Source of the DNA: Octopus vulgaris
Taxonomy: Eukaryota
DNA length: 64,000 bases
Assembly (NCBI GenBank): GCA_951406725.2
Contig: OX597838.1
Location: 24,366,001 to 24,430,000 of the forward strand
Reading direction: 5' to 3'
In this document: in pieces, positions 13,755 through 28,783 of the stretch
Numbering within the stretch: the stretch's first letter is position 1
Layout of the letters: each line of letters begins with the position of its first letter
Position numbers and translations under genes: made by a program
Notes under the pieces: model-generated
The model's input: only the letters and a program-made list of their open reading frames with translations
What the model was told of the DNA's origin: nothing
The model's database searches: none

Positions 13755-16700
13755 TAATAATAATAATATATGGCTCAACTGACTGAAACAAGTAAGGAAA
13801 AAAAACAGAAAAAATGGACAGAGAAAATTTACCTACCCAGGTGGTAGTGTTAGTGTCACAGCACGGGTAGCAGTGGTTCGTAGCATTAGTATCGGTTGAC
13901 CAATGACCAGACTCTTCCAAGAATAAGGTTCGACAACGAGTTGACCAGGCTGAAGACTTGGAATTGAACCACTTTCTGGATGGCTGGAATCTAAGAGATT
14001 GGCAAAAGATTAGAGAAATTCATTTCTCACCATCAATGTCATTGCCACCACCACCACCACCACTACTGTCACCACAGCAACACACCATTATCACTACCAC
14101 CATTACCACCACTGCCATCAGCTTCATCACCATCACCGTTATCACCACCAACATTACCATCACCCCCCATCACCACCACCACCACCATTGCCATCAGCAC
14201 AATCATCAACCGCACCACAACCCTCACAACTACAACTACCATCACTACCACCATCACCACCATAGCCACCACCACCATCACCACCATCACCACCACCACT
14301 ACCACCCTCACCACCATAGCCACCACCACCACCACCACTACCATCACCACTACAACCACCACCACTACCACCATCACTATCACCATCACCATCATCAAAA
14401 ATCATCATCCTTCTGAAATTCCCCACCCTGTTCACATTTTTTATTGCACCGGATGCTGGGCCTCACTGAGGAGATGATAAAGGACCAGGAGTCATGGTGA
14501 TCTGCTGTACTTGAGAAAACACATCAAGCTAAGTAAAATCGCGCTATCCCCCATACACACAGGCTTCTTCTTTGCAGGCACTGGTGCCACATAAAAAGCA
14601 CTTTCATGTGCTGGTGCCACATGAAAGGGCACTCATGCTAATGCTGTGTAAACGCATCTGTGCTAGTGGCACATAAAAGACACCCAGCATACTTTGTATA
14701 GCAGTTCATATTAGGAAGAGCATCCAATTTCTTTATTAGCCACAAGGGCCCAAATATAGAGGGGGACAATACAGCCTGATTGGGATCAGATACACAATGA
14801 TTATATGACTTTTAAAATTTTACAAAATATAATGAAATCGAATGAAATCGAATGAGATACAACAAGGACGAAATACAAACATGAGATGAAGCAGAGAGAT
14901 GGCTTATGCTCCGACCCCACGAGCCCCATTCTCCTACTGAAACTTTTGTATGCAGACTTATGACATGTTCACGAGGAATCTTTCATTCCCAGCACCCTCG
15001 CAACATGCAACCATCTTTCTTTGAACATCGAGCCATAGAAACCATATTCCCAGCAGACAATTGGGAGTCTGGACAGCTCCCCCAGCTGACCAGCCCTTGT
15101 TAAACGGTCCAACCCATGCCAGCATGGAAAACAGACGTTAAACAATGATGATGGTGAACAAACACCATCGAGAACATCAGCTGCCTCAACTTCCCCAGTC
15201 ATGGAGGTGCCAGTAAAGGCCAGAAGCACTGACTCTTCCACCAGATGGTGCTGTTAGAGAGAAACGGCACCAGCCCAAAGCAATGTGGAATATTGGGCAA
15301 GCAGGTTTGTCTTGGATGGTTATTTCATGAAATGAACTCACCCCTTGAAAGAAAGCTCCCGAGAACAATCTAGTTGATAGAGCATGAACCATGGCTGAGC
15401 TTCACTGAAGGGAGCCCTAGCTTTTGTAACAGACAAAAATATAGTCAAATGAATGGGTCGGATAAAATCCACTACCCTAAGGGGCTAAACATTAATAAGA
15501 GCAGAAACGACAACAAAGTTTATACATATACACCCATAAAAACTCTACAGAGTCTTTAGTCATTATGTAGACCCATATGTAGACCCTTGTAAAGATACTA
15601 CATAAATCTCACACAGAGACCCTTACAGTTACTATAGTGTTTAAATAGAATCTGTCCGGTCCTTATTCACACCTATATTTCCCCTACGTTGTTTCCATAT
15701 AGCCCTGAAATAGATCCTTATAGTCACTATGTAGTCTCTGCAGAGACCCCAAACAACCAGGGTCATCTTCAGAGCATTATTAGCCCCAAGGCTAATAATG
15801 CTACTCTGGGCCCTATAGCATGTATTTATTGACAGGAAGCCACATCATAGATAAATTAGAATTGGGGCCCCTGAACAAGGTTGTTTGTGAAAGACCAGCA
15901 GTCTCCCTACTTCACCAGTGTGTCCATGCTTTGAAACAGCACTATGCACAGCCCTTATACACACTAATATAGTCCACATATGGTCACTGTATTGCCATCA
16001 AATATATCCTTACAGTCACTAAATAATCTCTGTACAGACCCCACACAGATCTTATACAGTTCTATATAGTCCCCACATAGACAATATATAGTCCTCAAAG
16101 GTGCCCTTACAGTCGTTATATACTCTCTACATTAACTACAATACAGTTCTTACACATACTCTCTTCATAATTTAAAACAGCCCCTACACAGACGCATCAT
16201 GAAACTGAAGAGGTAAAAATAAAAGATGCTATTTTTTTATCAGTTGATACTCACTTTCATATGAGTTTGGACTGAGACGGGCTTCTTCTTTTAATTTAAC
16301 GACATTGTCTTTGGGATTGGAACATTCGTTCCAACGGGATAATGATGAATAGCACACTACCAGCTCTGAGTTCACCAAACCATCTAAAACTGAAAAGAAG
16401 CTTAAGGAAAATTCCACTTGAATCTCACATTAGCATTAATATTTTTTTTTTTCTACTCTAGGTACAAGGTCCAAAATTTTGGAGGAGGGGCTCCAGTTAA
16501 TTAGATTGTCACCAGTATGCAACTGGTACTTAATTTATTGATCCAAAAGGATGGAAGGTACAGTCGACCTCGGTGGAATTTGAACTCAGAATGTAAAGAC
16601 AGACAAAATACCTATTTCTTTACTACCCACAAGGGGCTAAACATAGAGGGGACAAACAAGGACAGACATAGGTATTAAGTCGATTGCACCACAGATATAC

Positions 16701-17053
16701 ATACACTTAATGTTCTGTGTCTATAATATATATGTCACTCTGTCGGTCATGACAATGAGGGTTCCAGTTGATCCAACCAATGGAACAGCCTGCTTGTGAA
16801 ATTAAGTGGGCTGAGCGCTCCACAGATATTCTTTCATTCTTTTACTTGTTTCAGTCATGTGACTGTGGCTATGCTGGAGCACCACCTTCAGTCGAACAAA
16901 TCAACCCCAGGACTTATTCTTTATAAGCCTAGTATTTATTCTATTGGTCTGTTTTGCTGAACAGCCAAGTTAAAGGGGATGCAAACACACCAGTATCGGT
17001 GGAGGGATAAACACAGGCACACAAATACATTCATACATACATATATATGTAGG

Positions 17054-17095
<42 letters not shown>

Positions 17096-17298
17096 CATAT
17101 ATTTATATGTATATGTATATATACAATGGGCTTCTTTCAGTTTCCGTCTATCAAATCCACTCACAAGGCTTTGGTCAACCCAAGGCTATAGTAGAAGGAT
17201 ACATAAATATTGCATTGATTTCTCTTCTAAAAGAGCAGAAGTCATCTGAAAAAAAAAAACACGGTATGGAGAGGTGAAGTTGCAATGAGAAAACGTTT

Positions 17299-17355
<57 letters not shown>

Positions 17356-18478
17356 CTCTTTCTCTCTTTTACTTGTTTCAGTCATTTGACTGTGGCCATG
17401 CTGGAGCACCGCCTTTAGTCAAGCAAATCGACCCCAGCACGTAAAAGTACCCACTACACTCTTGGAGTGGTTGCCGTTAGGAAGGGCATCCAGCTGTAGA
17501 AACTCTGCCAGATCAAGACTGGAGCCTGGCACAGCCATCTGGTTCGCCACTCCTCAGTCAAATCGTCCAACCCATGCTAGCATGGAAAGCAGACAACCCA
17601 TGCTAGCATGGAAAGCAGATTATTATGATGATGATGATGATGATGATGATTCTCTCAGCTGCCTATTGTAGCCTTTGGGCGTAATAAAAATACAAGAGAA
17701 CTACTAACCACTACCTCTGACTCCAAGAAAACTACCATTTGGAGTTTCTGAATGCTACACCTTGAAAAACAGTCACAAGAAGGCTAAGCCCTGTGCATTG
17801 TGGTGGGATGCGTAAAGATTCCCATTTGGTGCGTGCGGGCAGATTGCACCAAACACAACAAATGATTCAATGGGCAGAGGTATGACATCAGACACAATAA
17901 CAATAGTTTGATAGAACTTGCTGAACATTTTGCATCAAACAGCTGCAATTTTGAGGAACTTAATTTATCGACCCCCGAAAGGATGAAAAGCAAAGCTGAC
18001 CTTGGCGGAATTTGAACTCAGAATGTAGCGGCAGACGAAATACTGCTCAGCATTTTGTTCGGCATGCTAACAATTCTGCCATTCGCCACCTTAATAATGA
18101 TCATTATATATTTCTTTACTACCCACAAGGGGTTAAACATAGAGGGGACAAACAAGGACAGACAAAGGGATTAAGTCGATTACATCGACCCAGTGCGAAA
18201 CTGGTACTTTATTTATCAACCCCGAAAGGATGAAAGGCTAAGTCGACCTCGGCGGAATTGATGATGATGATGATGATGATGATGGTGCTACTTACCCTAA
18301 TGTCAGATGCTTTTATATTGTTCTGGTACAGCATCGGTTTATGGTAATAGGAGAGACTACTGAAAATAGATATCAGAGAGATTACATAGACAATGAAGTG
18401 GTGGTACATATGAGTGATATATCTTTGGTCTATGCATAAGTGTGTGTGTATGTGTATAATGTGTCTGTATGTGTATAG

Positions 18479-18511
<33 letters not shown>

Positions 18512-19457
18512 ATATATACTCTTTTACTTGTTTCAGTCATTTGACTGTGGCCATGCTGGAGCACCACTTTTAGTCGAGCAAATCGACCCCAGGGCTTATT
18601 CTTTGGAAGTCTAGTACTTATTCTATTGGCCTTTTATGCTGAACCGCTAAGTTACAGGGGCATAAACACACCAGTATCGGTTCTCAAGTGATGTTGTGGG
18701 GACAAACACATACACAAACACACACACATATATACATATACATATATACGACAGGCCTCTTTTCAGTTTCCATCTACCAAATCCACTCACAAGGCCCAAC
18801 ACAGGTGCTCTTAACGTGTTACTAGCACAGATGTCTTTAACGTGTCACTGGCACAAATGCCCTTAACATGTCACCATCACGGGTGCCTTTAATATGTTAC
18901 CAGCGTGAGTACCTTTAATGTGTCATAGCACTGGTGTTCTTAATGTGTCACTGGCACAGGTGCCCTTAACATGTCACCAGTGCAGGCGCCTTTTACTAGT
19001 CACTGGCACAGGCCACGACTACAATTCCACTCAGCTTCACATGGTTAAGCAAGTACTATACTTAGTAATATTACTAGTTATGAAATACAGAGCAAATTTA
19101 GGAGAAACTGAGATAATCACAAGATTATACAACTTATTGCATCTACTACAATAATACTCTCATGTATTTCTCAGTCACAACATATGAATGAGAAAGGAAG
19201 GGGTGATAGATGAATGAGAAAGGAAGGGGTGATAGATGAATAAGGAAGGAAGGGGTGACAGCAAACTTAGTAGAGGGAAGATGGAAGTTCTACAGTGAAA
19301 AAAGTCAAACAGCGTTTCAACTCTGCGTGAGTATATGTGTGTGTATGTAAAAGGGTGTCAAGTGAATGTGTGTGTGTGTGTGTGTGTGCAATGGAAGTGA
19401 GATGGTGAACATTCAATGCTGAAAAGGAAAATCAAACAGCATTTCAACTCTGTGTGA

Positions 19458-19490
<33 letters not shown>

Positions 19491-22400
19491 TGTACAAGGG
19501 AAGTATGTGAATGTTTGCATCTGTGATTATTTTGTACCTTATTACCTCCGCCTTAGCGAAGGCAGAGGTATTGTTTTCAGTTGTGTTTGTTTGTTTGATT
19601 GTTTGTCCATGGACAAGATATCTCAAGAACCGCTTGATGGATTTGGATGAAAATTTCAGAGATGTTTGGCCTCCTGACTGGCACAAACTGATTAGATTTC
19701 GGGATTGATCCAGTACCAGACAAGGATTCTGGATTATTTTTCCTGTTCTTTGACTTAATTTTTGAGAGCAGTCAGGTTCATTTTTAGTATTCTCGTTTTG
19801 AGAACAGTCAAGTTTATTTCAGATATTCTCATTTTAAAAATCATCTCTGGCTAATCATTGAGAGGACATTGGTGTTACCTTGGTGGAGGTTTGCGCTCTC
19901 TGAGTGCTCTTGTTTATATATAAAATACTACAATTAGCCATCATATTTGACAGCACAGGGCCAGCTAGCTCTATTACTCTCTTTACTCTTTTACTTGTTT
20001 CAATCATTTGACTGCGGCCATGCTGGAGCACCGCCTTTAGTCGAGCAAATCGATCCCGGGACTTATTCTTTGGAAGCCCAGTACTTATTCTATTGGTCTC
20101 TTTTGCCGAACCGCTAAGTGACGGGGACGTAAACACGCCAGCATCGGTTGTCAAGCAATGCGGGGGGACAAATACAGACACACAAACATATACACACACA
20201 TACATATATATATATATACATATATACAACAGGCTTCTTTCAGTTTCCGTCTACCAAATCCACTCATAAGGCATTGGTCGACCCGGGGCTATAGCAGAAG
20301 ACACTTGCCCAAGATGCCACGCAGTGGGACTGAACCCGGAACCATGTGGTTGGTAAGCAAGCTACTTACCACACAGCCACTCCTGCGCCTATTATAGAGA
20401 ACTAATGTCAACCAAATCCACTTACAAGGCTTTGGTTGGCCTGAGGCTAGAATAGAACACAACTTGTTCGAGGTACCATGCAGTGAGGTTGAACCCAGAA
20501 CCATGTGGTTGAGAAGCAAACTTCTTACCACACAGCCACGCTTGTGCTTAATAGATTAAAAATATATTTAAAAAGGACCTCGTAGACTTACTTGAATGAT
20601 TTGCAGAAGAGCTCAAAGTCGACCCAGGTTTTCTTAAATCCAGTATGTTCTAGGTTAGGGAGAGTTGCAACTAAGTCGAAGTCACTTACTGGAAGTCCAT
20701 TCTTCTCATTGACTTCTTTGGTAACATTACTACTGTCTATGCTGTTGTCTAGAAAATGAAGCCAAAACAAAGTAAAAAAGAAATACTGCAGGAAGTTTCT
20801 CTCCCTTTTCTGTCTCTCACTCTCTCTCTTATTGCTCTCCTTACTCTCTATCCTCTTGCTCTCCTCACTCTCTATCCTCTTGCTCTCCTCACTCTCTTCT
20901 CTTACTCACCAAAGATCTCAGTTGCCTGTCATTGCCTCCATGAGGCCCAACATTCAAAGATCATGCTTCACCACCTCATCCTATGTCCTCCTAGGTCTAC
21001 TCCACTGTTAGAGTGTAACACTTCTTCACATGGCTATCCTCATCCATATGCATCATATGACCATGCCAGCGCAGTTGTCTTTCTTGCACACCACATCTGA
21101 TGTGTCTCTTATGCCCAACTTTTCTCTCAGGATGCTTACACTGCCTTGCATGAGATCAAACTGGTGTGATCAGCCTACTCTGCCATACTGGCTCTCATCT
21201 TTAGACCTGTCCACTCATAGATGTTGCTTTCCCATCTCTTTCTCTGTTCCCTGAAGGATTGTTTTGGCCATCAGACTGGAGCCTGGTGCAGCCTCCTGGC
21301 TTCCTAGGCCCTAGTCAAACCATTCAACCTATGCCAGCATGGAAAATGGACATTAAACAATGATGTCGTACCTATGCACTGGTCAAGTAGAAAAACGATG
21401 AGTGATAAAAAATTGGATTGTCTTCTGGTACCAAAAAAGTGAAGAAAGAGAGTAGAGAAGGTTAGGGAAGAGCAAGTAGGAAGAAAGAGAGAGTGCGGAG
21501 AAATAAGGGAATAAAGATAGGCAGTAGGTAGTTGACAGAGATGGACAGAGGAAGAAATGGAAGGCAATAAAGAGAGAAAAGCAGCAGACAGGTAGATAGA
21601 GGGGAGAGGAGAAGGACAGAGAAATAGATAGAAAAGAGAGACAGTCTTGCACCAGATATTGATCACTGTGTAGGGTACCACTGAGTGGGAACAGAAGTGG
21701 GTGTGTGACATTACATTGAGTAACAGCCATAAAATGTTGCACAGAAAGTCAACACACACACATATATAATGATGAAGGAAATTGTTGTATACAGTGCTCA
21801 GGTGCACTACAACTAAAAAGAAAAAAATGGCCATCAGGTGTACTGTTGGCGGATTTCAGGACACATGGAAGTTTTGAAGGATGTAGTGTCTCAACAGCTA
21901 ACAACTGATGTCTGACAGTTTCAGTCATTTGATTAGTGCCCATGCTGGAGCACCGCCTTTAGTCGAGCAAATCGACCCCAGGACTTATTCTTTGGAAGCC
22001 CAGTACTTATTCTATCAGTCTCTTTTGCCGAACTGCTAAGTGACGGGGACATAAACACACCAGCATCGGTTGTCAGCAATGCTAGGGGGACAAACACAGG
22101 CACACAAACATATATATATATATATATATACATATATACGACAGGCTTCTTTCAGTTTCCGTCTACCAAATCTACTCACAAGCCTTTGGTCAGCCCGAGG
22201 CTATACTAGAAGACACTTGCCCAAGATGCCTTGCAGTGGAACTGAACCCAGAACCATGTGGTTCGGAAGCAAGCTTCTTACTACACAGCCATGTGAAGGC
22301 ACATGGCCTAGTGGTTAGACTGTTGCACTCATGATTGTTAGATCATAGGTTCAATTCCCTGACTGGGCAGTGTGTAGTGTTCTTGAGTCAAACAGTTCAT

Positions 22401-23678
22401 TTCACATTGCTCTAGTCACCTTTTCAATCATTGGGGATTGCTCGCTTTGCCAACAGGGTGGCGTCATATAAAGGCTAAAACAATGCAAAAGTGCACTGTA
22501 GCCAGCGATGTGTAACAACATCTGACAGTCTGGTCAGTTACATGATATATATATACACACACATTCACACAGACACACACACACTCATACAAACACACAC
22601 ACACATATATTGTATATGTATGTATATATGAGTGCGTGTCCTTTGAGTTTGTGTTTGTTCATTCCCCACCCCCCTCACCATTGCTTGACGACTGGTGTTA
22701 GTTTGTTTATGTCCCATAACTTAAGGATTTCAGCAAAAGAGACCTAGAAAGCAAGTACCAGATTTAAAAAAGAAAACAAAAATACAGGCGCATGAGTGGC
22801 TGTGTGGTAAGTAGCTTGCTTACCAACCACATGGTTCCGGGTTCAGTCCCACTGCGTGGAATCTTGGGCAAGTGTCTTCTGCTATAGCCCTGGGCCAACC
22901 AATGCCTTGTGAGTGGATTTGGTAGACGGAAACTGAAAGAAGCCTGTCGTATATATGTATATATATATATATATATATGTTTGTGTGCCTGTGTTTGTCC
23001 CCCTAGCATTGCTTGACAACCGATGCTGGTGTGTTTATGTCCCTGTCACTTAGTGGTTCGGCAAAAGAGACTGATAGAATAAGTACTGGGCTTACAAAGA
23101 ATAAGTCCCAGGGTCGATTTGCTCGACTAAAGGCGGTGCTCCAGCATGGCCGCAGTCAAAATGACTGAAACAAGTAAAAAAGAAAAAAGAAAGAAAGAAA
23201 GAACATGAGTAATCAGGAAGGTGAGTGGGGGGGTGTTTAACTACTGTGCCCTTCAGGGTGATGCTCCAGCATGGCTACAGTCAAATGACCGAAACAAGTA
23301 AAAGACTAAAGGTGTGAAAAAGAAACAAAAACAAAAAAAAAGAGAGAGAAAACATATGGCCCTCACCCAATAATGGATGGATGTTTCCATTCACAGAGTC
23401 CTTTTTACTTCCTTTCTTCTTCTTTTCGGAATTGATGGAGTGGTTGTATTTCTCACTGCCGCTGGTTCTGGTCTGTCTTGGTTTATCGGAGTTGTTTGTC
23501 CCTGGCTGTTTTACTTTGCCCTATCGTTACAGGAGAAGGTCAAATGAACATCAGTGAATCATAATTTATATCAATGTGAGACAGAAGAAGTTGTTTTTAT
23601 TGTTGCTGTCTTAGCAGTGCACACATGCACGCACACGCACACACACACACACACATACATACACACATGCACGTACAC

Positions 23679-23712
<34 letters not shown>

Positions 23713-23898
23713 TACAGTTCTATATTTAAGAGATAAGGAATTATGTACATTATTTACATTATTTACATTATACATTTGACGGATATTTGTCCTCATCTTG
23801 TTTGTTGTTAACACGTTTAGGCTAATATACCCTCCAGCCTTCATCAGGTGTGTTGGGGAAATTTTGAACCTGAGTTCTCATTCCTAAGGTATTTTCTA

Positions 23899-23931
<33 letters not shown>

Positions 23932-25340
23932 AGTCACTGCCTGGAATTGAACTCGGAATTATGGGGTTAGTAGCCCACACTCTTAACCACTAGACCGACG
24001 GGCATATGGCATAGTGGTTAAGAGCTTGGCCTACTAACCCCAAGATTCCAAGAAGAATAATAATAATATAATAATAATAACAACAACAACAACAACATCA
24101 AAAATACCTTAGGAATGGGAACCCAGGTTTGAATTTCCCCAAGACACCTGATGAAGGCTGGAGAGTATATCAACCGAAACATGTTAACAACAAACAAGAT
24201 GAAGAGAAATATCTGTCAAATGTAAATAATGTATATGTTTGTGTGTGTGCGTATATATATATATATACTAGCAGCATAGCCCGGCGTTGCCCAGGTATGG
24301 AAGGCGTCCCCTAGACAGTCTGTGGTTTGTGTTTAATACACAAATCGGTTTGCTATGTGTGCCACATATGATTTAATTAACTGATTTTTTCCAGTAATAA
24401 AGTATCCTATTGGAATAAAAAGGGCCATATAACTCCTTGGAGCAGACATGATGCTCGCTGTGAATTTAAAAAAAAATTCCTGCCAATTTGTGAAAGATAT
24501 TGTTGAAAATATGTCATCTTGAATTTGAACGCGATTTCCCAAAATGGCATGATTTTATCGATTTTTTCTCATGGTAAGGTATTGCATGGAAAACTTGAAA
24601 AGCTTAGATTCTTGACCCCATGTCGAATTTATCGATTTTTTTCAGAACTTGGGGAACTTTTCAAAACTTTCGCTGCGTTAGTTTTGAATTATGACATTGG
24701 GCTATGTGTGTGTCAAGTTTCATCAGAATCGGTTGAAAGCCGTGGTCAGCGTGAGGGTACAACCTGACAGACACACAAACACACAGACAGACAAACTGCC
24801 GTTTATATATAGATATATAATATATATATATATGGGGGTTGCCGAAAAGTTCCTGGCTTTAGGTAAAAGAGAATACAGGAGGATTAGTTAATTATGATTT
24901 TATTCAACATATTCCTCTCTCAGATTCCCATACTTATTGCAGCGGTCCTTCAGTTTTTCTAAGCCCAGTAAAAGAACTCGGAAGGCTGGGCCTCCAACTG
25001 GGACTTTCACAACACCTTTAAAGCCAGGAACTTTTCAGCAACCCCTCATATGCACTTCCACATACATACACATGCACTGTGGTAAACTGGTGTTGCAAAT
25101 AGAAATGGTTCAGAAACAATTGTAACTTATAAATTAAGATGTGTTAGAGAATTTTCTTTGTCTTTTTTTTTCTTTTCATTGGATTGTTTATTCTTTGCCA
25201 AACCCATTTTATGGTAGAATCGTCATGAAACTTGGATTTTCTACACCCGAAGAATTCCGGCTTTGGCCTAGAATCCAACAATGTTTGGGTCAAGTGCTTC
25301 TCTGGAAATACCCTAACTTCACAATCCACCCACCTGACCT

Positions 25341-25424
<84 letters not shown>

Positions 25425-27901
25425 TACTTACACAGACATACATACACTGACACACACACATAAACACACATACACACATAAACATACATACATACACAAA
25501 AACACACACATGCATACATGCACATCATCCTCGTCTTTTAATGCTCATCTTCCATGCTGGCATGGGTTAGACAGCTTGATAAGAACTGCCAAGACCAGGG
25601 GCCACACCAGGTTCTGTAACCTGTTTTGGCTTGGTTTCTATGGCTGGATGCCCTTCCTAACATCAGCCACTCTACAGAGTGTACTGGGTGCTTTTTATGT
25701 GACACCAGCACCCACACCAATGGTAGTGGAGCTGGTTGCGATGATGATGATGATGATGATGGCAATGATAGTTGTAGCAATGGTGGAGGCTGTTGCGGTG
25801 ATGGTAGTGATGGTGGTGATGATGATGATGGTTGGGTGGAGTGGTGGTGGCAATGTTGATGAGTCAGTGTGTGCATATGTGTGCATGCGTGTCTGTGAGT
25901 GTGTGTGTGTGTGTGTGCTGCCAGCCACTACAAAATGCACCTGCTCATTCCACCTATGTTGTCCAAGCATTTGTTGTCAAGCAAAACACACCACTTGTTT
26001 GTCAGGCTTTGTACTTCCCAGACTTGATGATTCCATATGACTTTTGGCTATTCCCAAAGCTCAAAAAGCAAAAAAAAAACACTCAGAGGGAGAAGATTTG
26101 AGTCAACAGAGGACATTAAGCAAAATTCGATAGCACACCTCTACAGCATCATCATCATCATTGCTTAACGTCCGTTTTCCGTGCTAGCACGGGTTGGACG
26201 GTTCGACCGGGGTCTGGGAAGCCAGGAGGCTGCACCAGGCACCAGTCTGATCTGGCAGTTTCTACAGCTGGATGCCCTTCCTAACGCCAACCACTCCGTG
26301 AGTGTAGTGGGTGCTTTTTACGTGCCACCGGCACAAGTGCCAGGGGAGTCTGGCACCGACCACGATCGGTTGGTGCTTTTTACGTGCCACCGGCACAGAA
26401 GCCAGTCAAGGCGGCGCTGGCATCGGCCATGTTCGGATGTTGCTTTTTACGTGCCACCGACACAGGTATCACAACTACTATTTCCATTTGATATTTGATA
26501 TTCCATCCCCAAAAGCAATTTCCAGAAATGTTTCCAGCAATGGCAGGAACACTGGCAGAAGTGTGTAGACTCCCAAGGCAAATACTTTGAATGAGACTAA
26601 ATCAAAATGGTGTGTTTTTTAATATTACTCGTTTCTTGACCAAAGGTTGGATACTTTTTAACTACACCTCATGTGTTATTGTTTGTTCCTTCTCGAGCCA
26701 TACCTGGCTCATAAGGGCCAGTTTCCCCGGTTTCCTTGGTATATAGGTTCCTCACCTGGATGGCACGCCGGTCCGTCGCAGGTGAGCTGCAAGATGCAGG
26801 AGGAAAGAGTGAGAGAAAGTTGTGGCTAAATAGTCAGTAGAAGTTCGCCATTACCTTCTGCTGGAGCCGCGTGGAGCTTAGATGTTTCGGTCATAAACAC
26901 ACATATCGGCCAGTCTGAGATTCGAACCCGCGATCTCTCGACCGCGAGTCTGCTGCTCCAACCACTAGGCCATGTACCTCCACACCTCATGTGCATGTGT
27001 GTATGTGTGTGTGTAAAGTATGGCAGTTTTCTTACCTCAGTTTCATTGGTATCCAGCAGCGAACACGTGGCACTAACGTTCATTTCTGTCTCTGTACTCT
27101 CATCCAGGGGCAGACTGTCCTCATTCTCCTCCTCGATTTCTTTTATGATGAGATTGTTCATAGTCCTCTGTTTTTTCTCTGGTTCCAAATTGGGACACTG
27201 CCTGGTTTTGGTACTGAACGTGGTCGAAAGCAGGAAGAAGAGGAAAAGGCTCAGAGAAGCAGAATAAAATACGAGGAATATGAACGAAATCCACAGCAAA
27301 ATGTTGTGGTGATACTCTGTGTTCCATGCAGCAGAGGCCGGTGGATAGATCAAAACATATCATCATCATCATTACTACACCACCACCACTACCACCATCA
27401 TTTGTCACTACCACCACCACCTGTGCCAGCATCATCATCATTGAGTGAGTGAGTGAGTGAGTATGGGTGGGTGAGTGGGTGAGTGAGTGAGTGAGTGAGT
27501 GGGTGACTGTCTCTCGTCCCCGTCATCTCCAACTACACCTGTCTGTCTCTGGCCGTCATCATCTCTAACTCACTCCCTTGTCCGTCTGCTCACACTTCTG
27601 GCTAGCTGTCCCACATCGACTGACCGCTAACTCCAATGCCAGGCGCATTTATATAGGGTAACATTTTAATTTTTTTCTTAAACTTTCCGTAACCGTGTTG
27701 GGATCACAGCTCACTTCCTAAGATCATTAGTTACCGTGGCCGTGACAGGACAAAGAAGATTCCATCATCCTGAACAACTGGAGCACTGGTTCAACTCCAA
27801 CCAACGGAACAAGGGGCACAATGTTTTTCTGCTTATTTACCTCCATAACACTATATATATATATATATATATACACACACATGCATGTATGTGTGTGTGT
27901 T

Positions 27902-27946
<45 letters not shown>

Positions 27947-28085
27947 GCACATACAAATCCACAACAAGGCTTTGGTTGGCCTGAGATTATAGTAGAAGAT
28001 ACTTGCCCATGGTAACACAGAGTGGGACTGAACCAAGACCATGTGGTTGGGAAGCAAGCTTCTTATCACATAGCTACATCTGCAC

Positions 28086-28164
<79 letters not shown>

Positions 28165-28551
28165 CACACATACATAGATAGGTTTGCATGTATTCAGGTA
28201 CATTGGTCTTTGATAAATAATTTAATAATTCTTCTGTCGGAACTTACATTATAGTTGGAATTGAGACTGGGTTGATTTTGTAATACAGAAATGCTGTGGC
28301 TAATTCCAAACACCTAATTTGGGTTGATTCTTCAGTGACTGGTTAATTTTATGCAAAAGAAAAAAACAGAAAAAAAAAAGAAAGAAACAATTCAAGATAA
28401 TAATTGATAAATTAATTAATTATTTTAAAAAATTTTGTCAATAAAACATGCTTGATGTATGTGTGAAGTTGAAACACCAAAAGCTGCAATTTTCATCCAG
28501 GAAAAAAAAACTGGGCTTTTTTTAACACAACAATTCTGCCAGCTCACCGCC

Positions 28552-28584
<33 letters not shown>

Positions 28585-28658
28585 TTAATAATAATTAATA
28601 ATAATAATAATAATTATAATAATAATAATAATAATTAATAATAATAATAATAATAATA

Positions 28659-28691
<33 letters not shown>

Positions 28692-28725
28692 TAATAATAA
28701 TAATAATAATTAATAATTAATAATA

Positions 28726-28783
<58 letters not shown>

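Noticed and set aside
13958-14416. Poly-His protein
   Set aside because: (CAC/CAT)n microsatellite antisense to ADGB intron 20
15342-15420. Extra ADGB exon with a GTGAG donor
   Set aside because: Weak acceptor, phase 1-2, and exons 20 and 21 already join in frame; it would need an alternative acceptor at 13984
15735-15775. Minus-strand CUGAAGA with a short stem as another hammerhead
   Set aside because: No GAAA after the stem and no stem I/III
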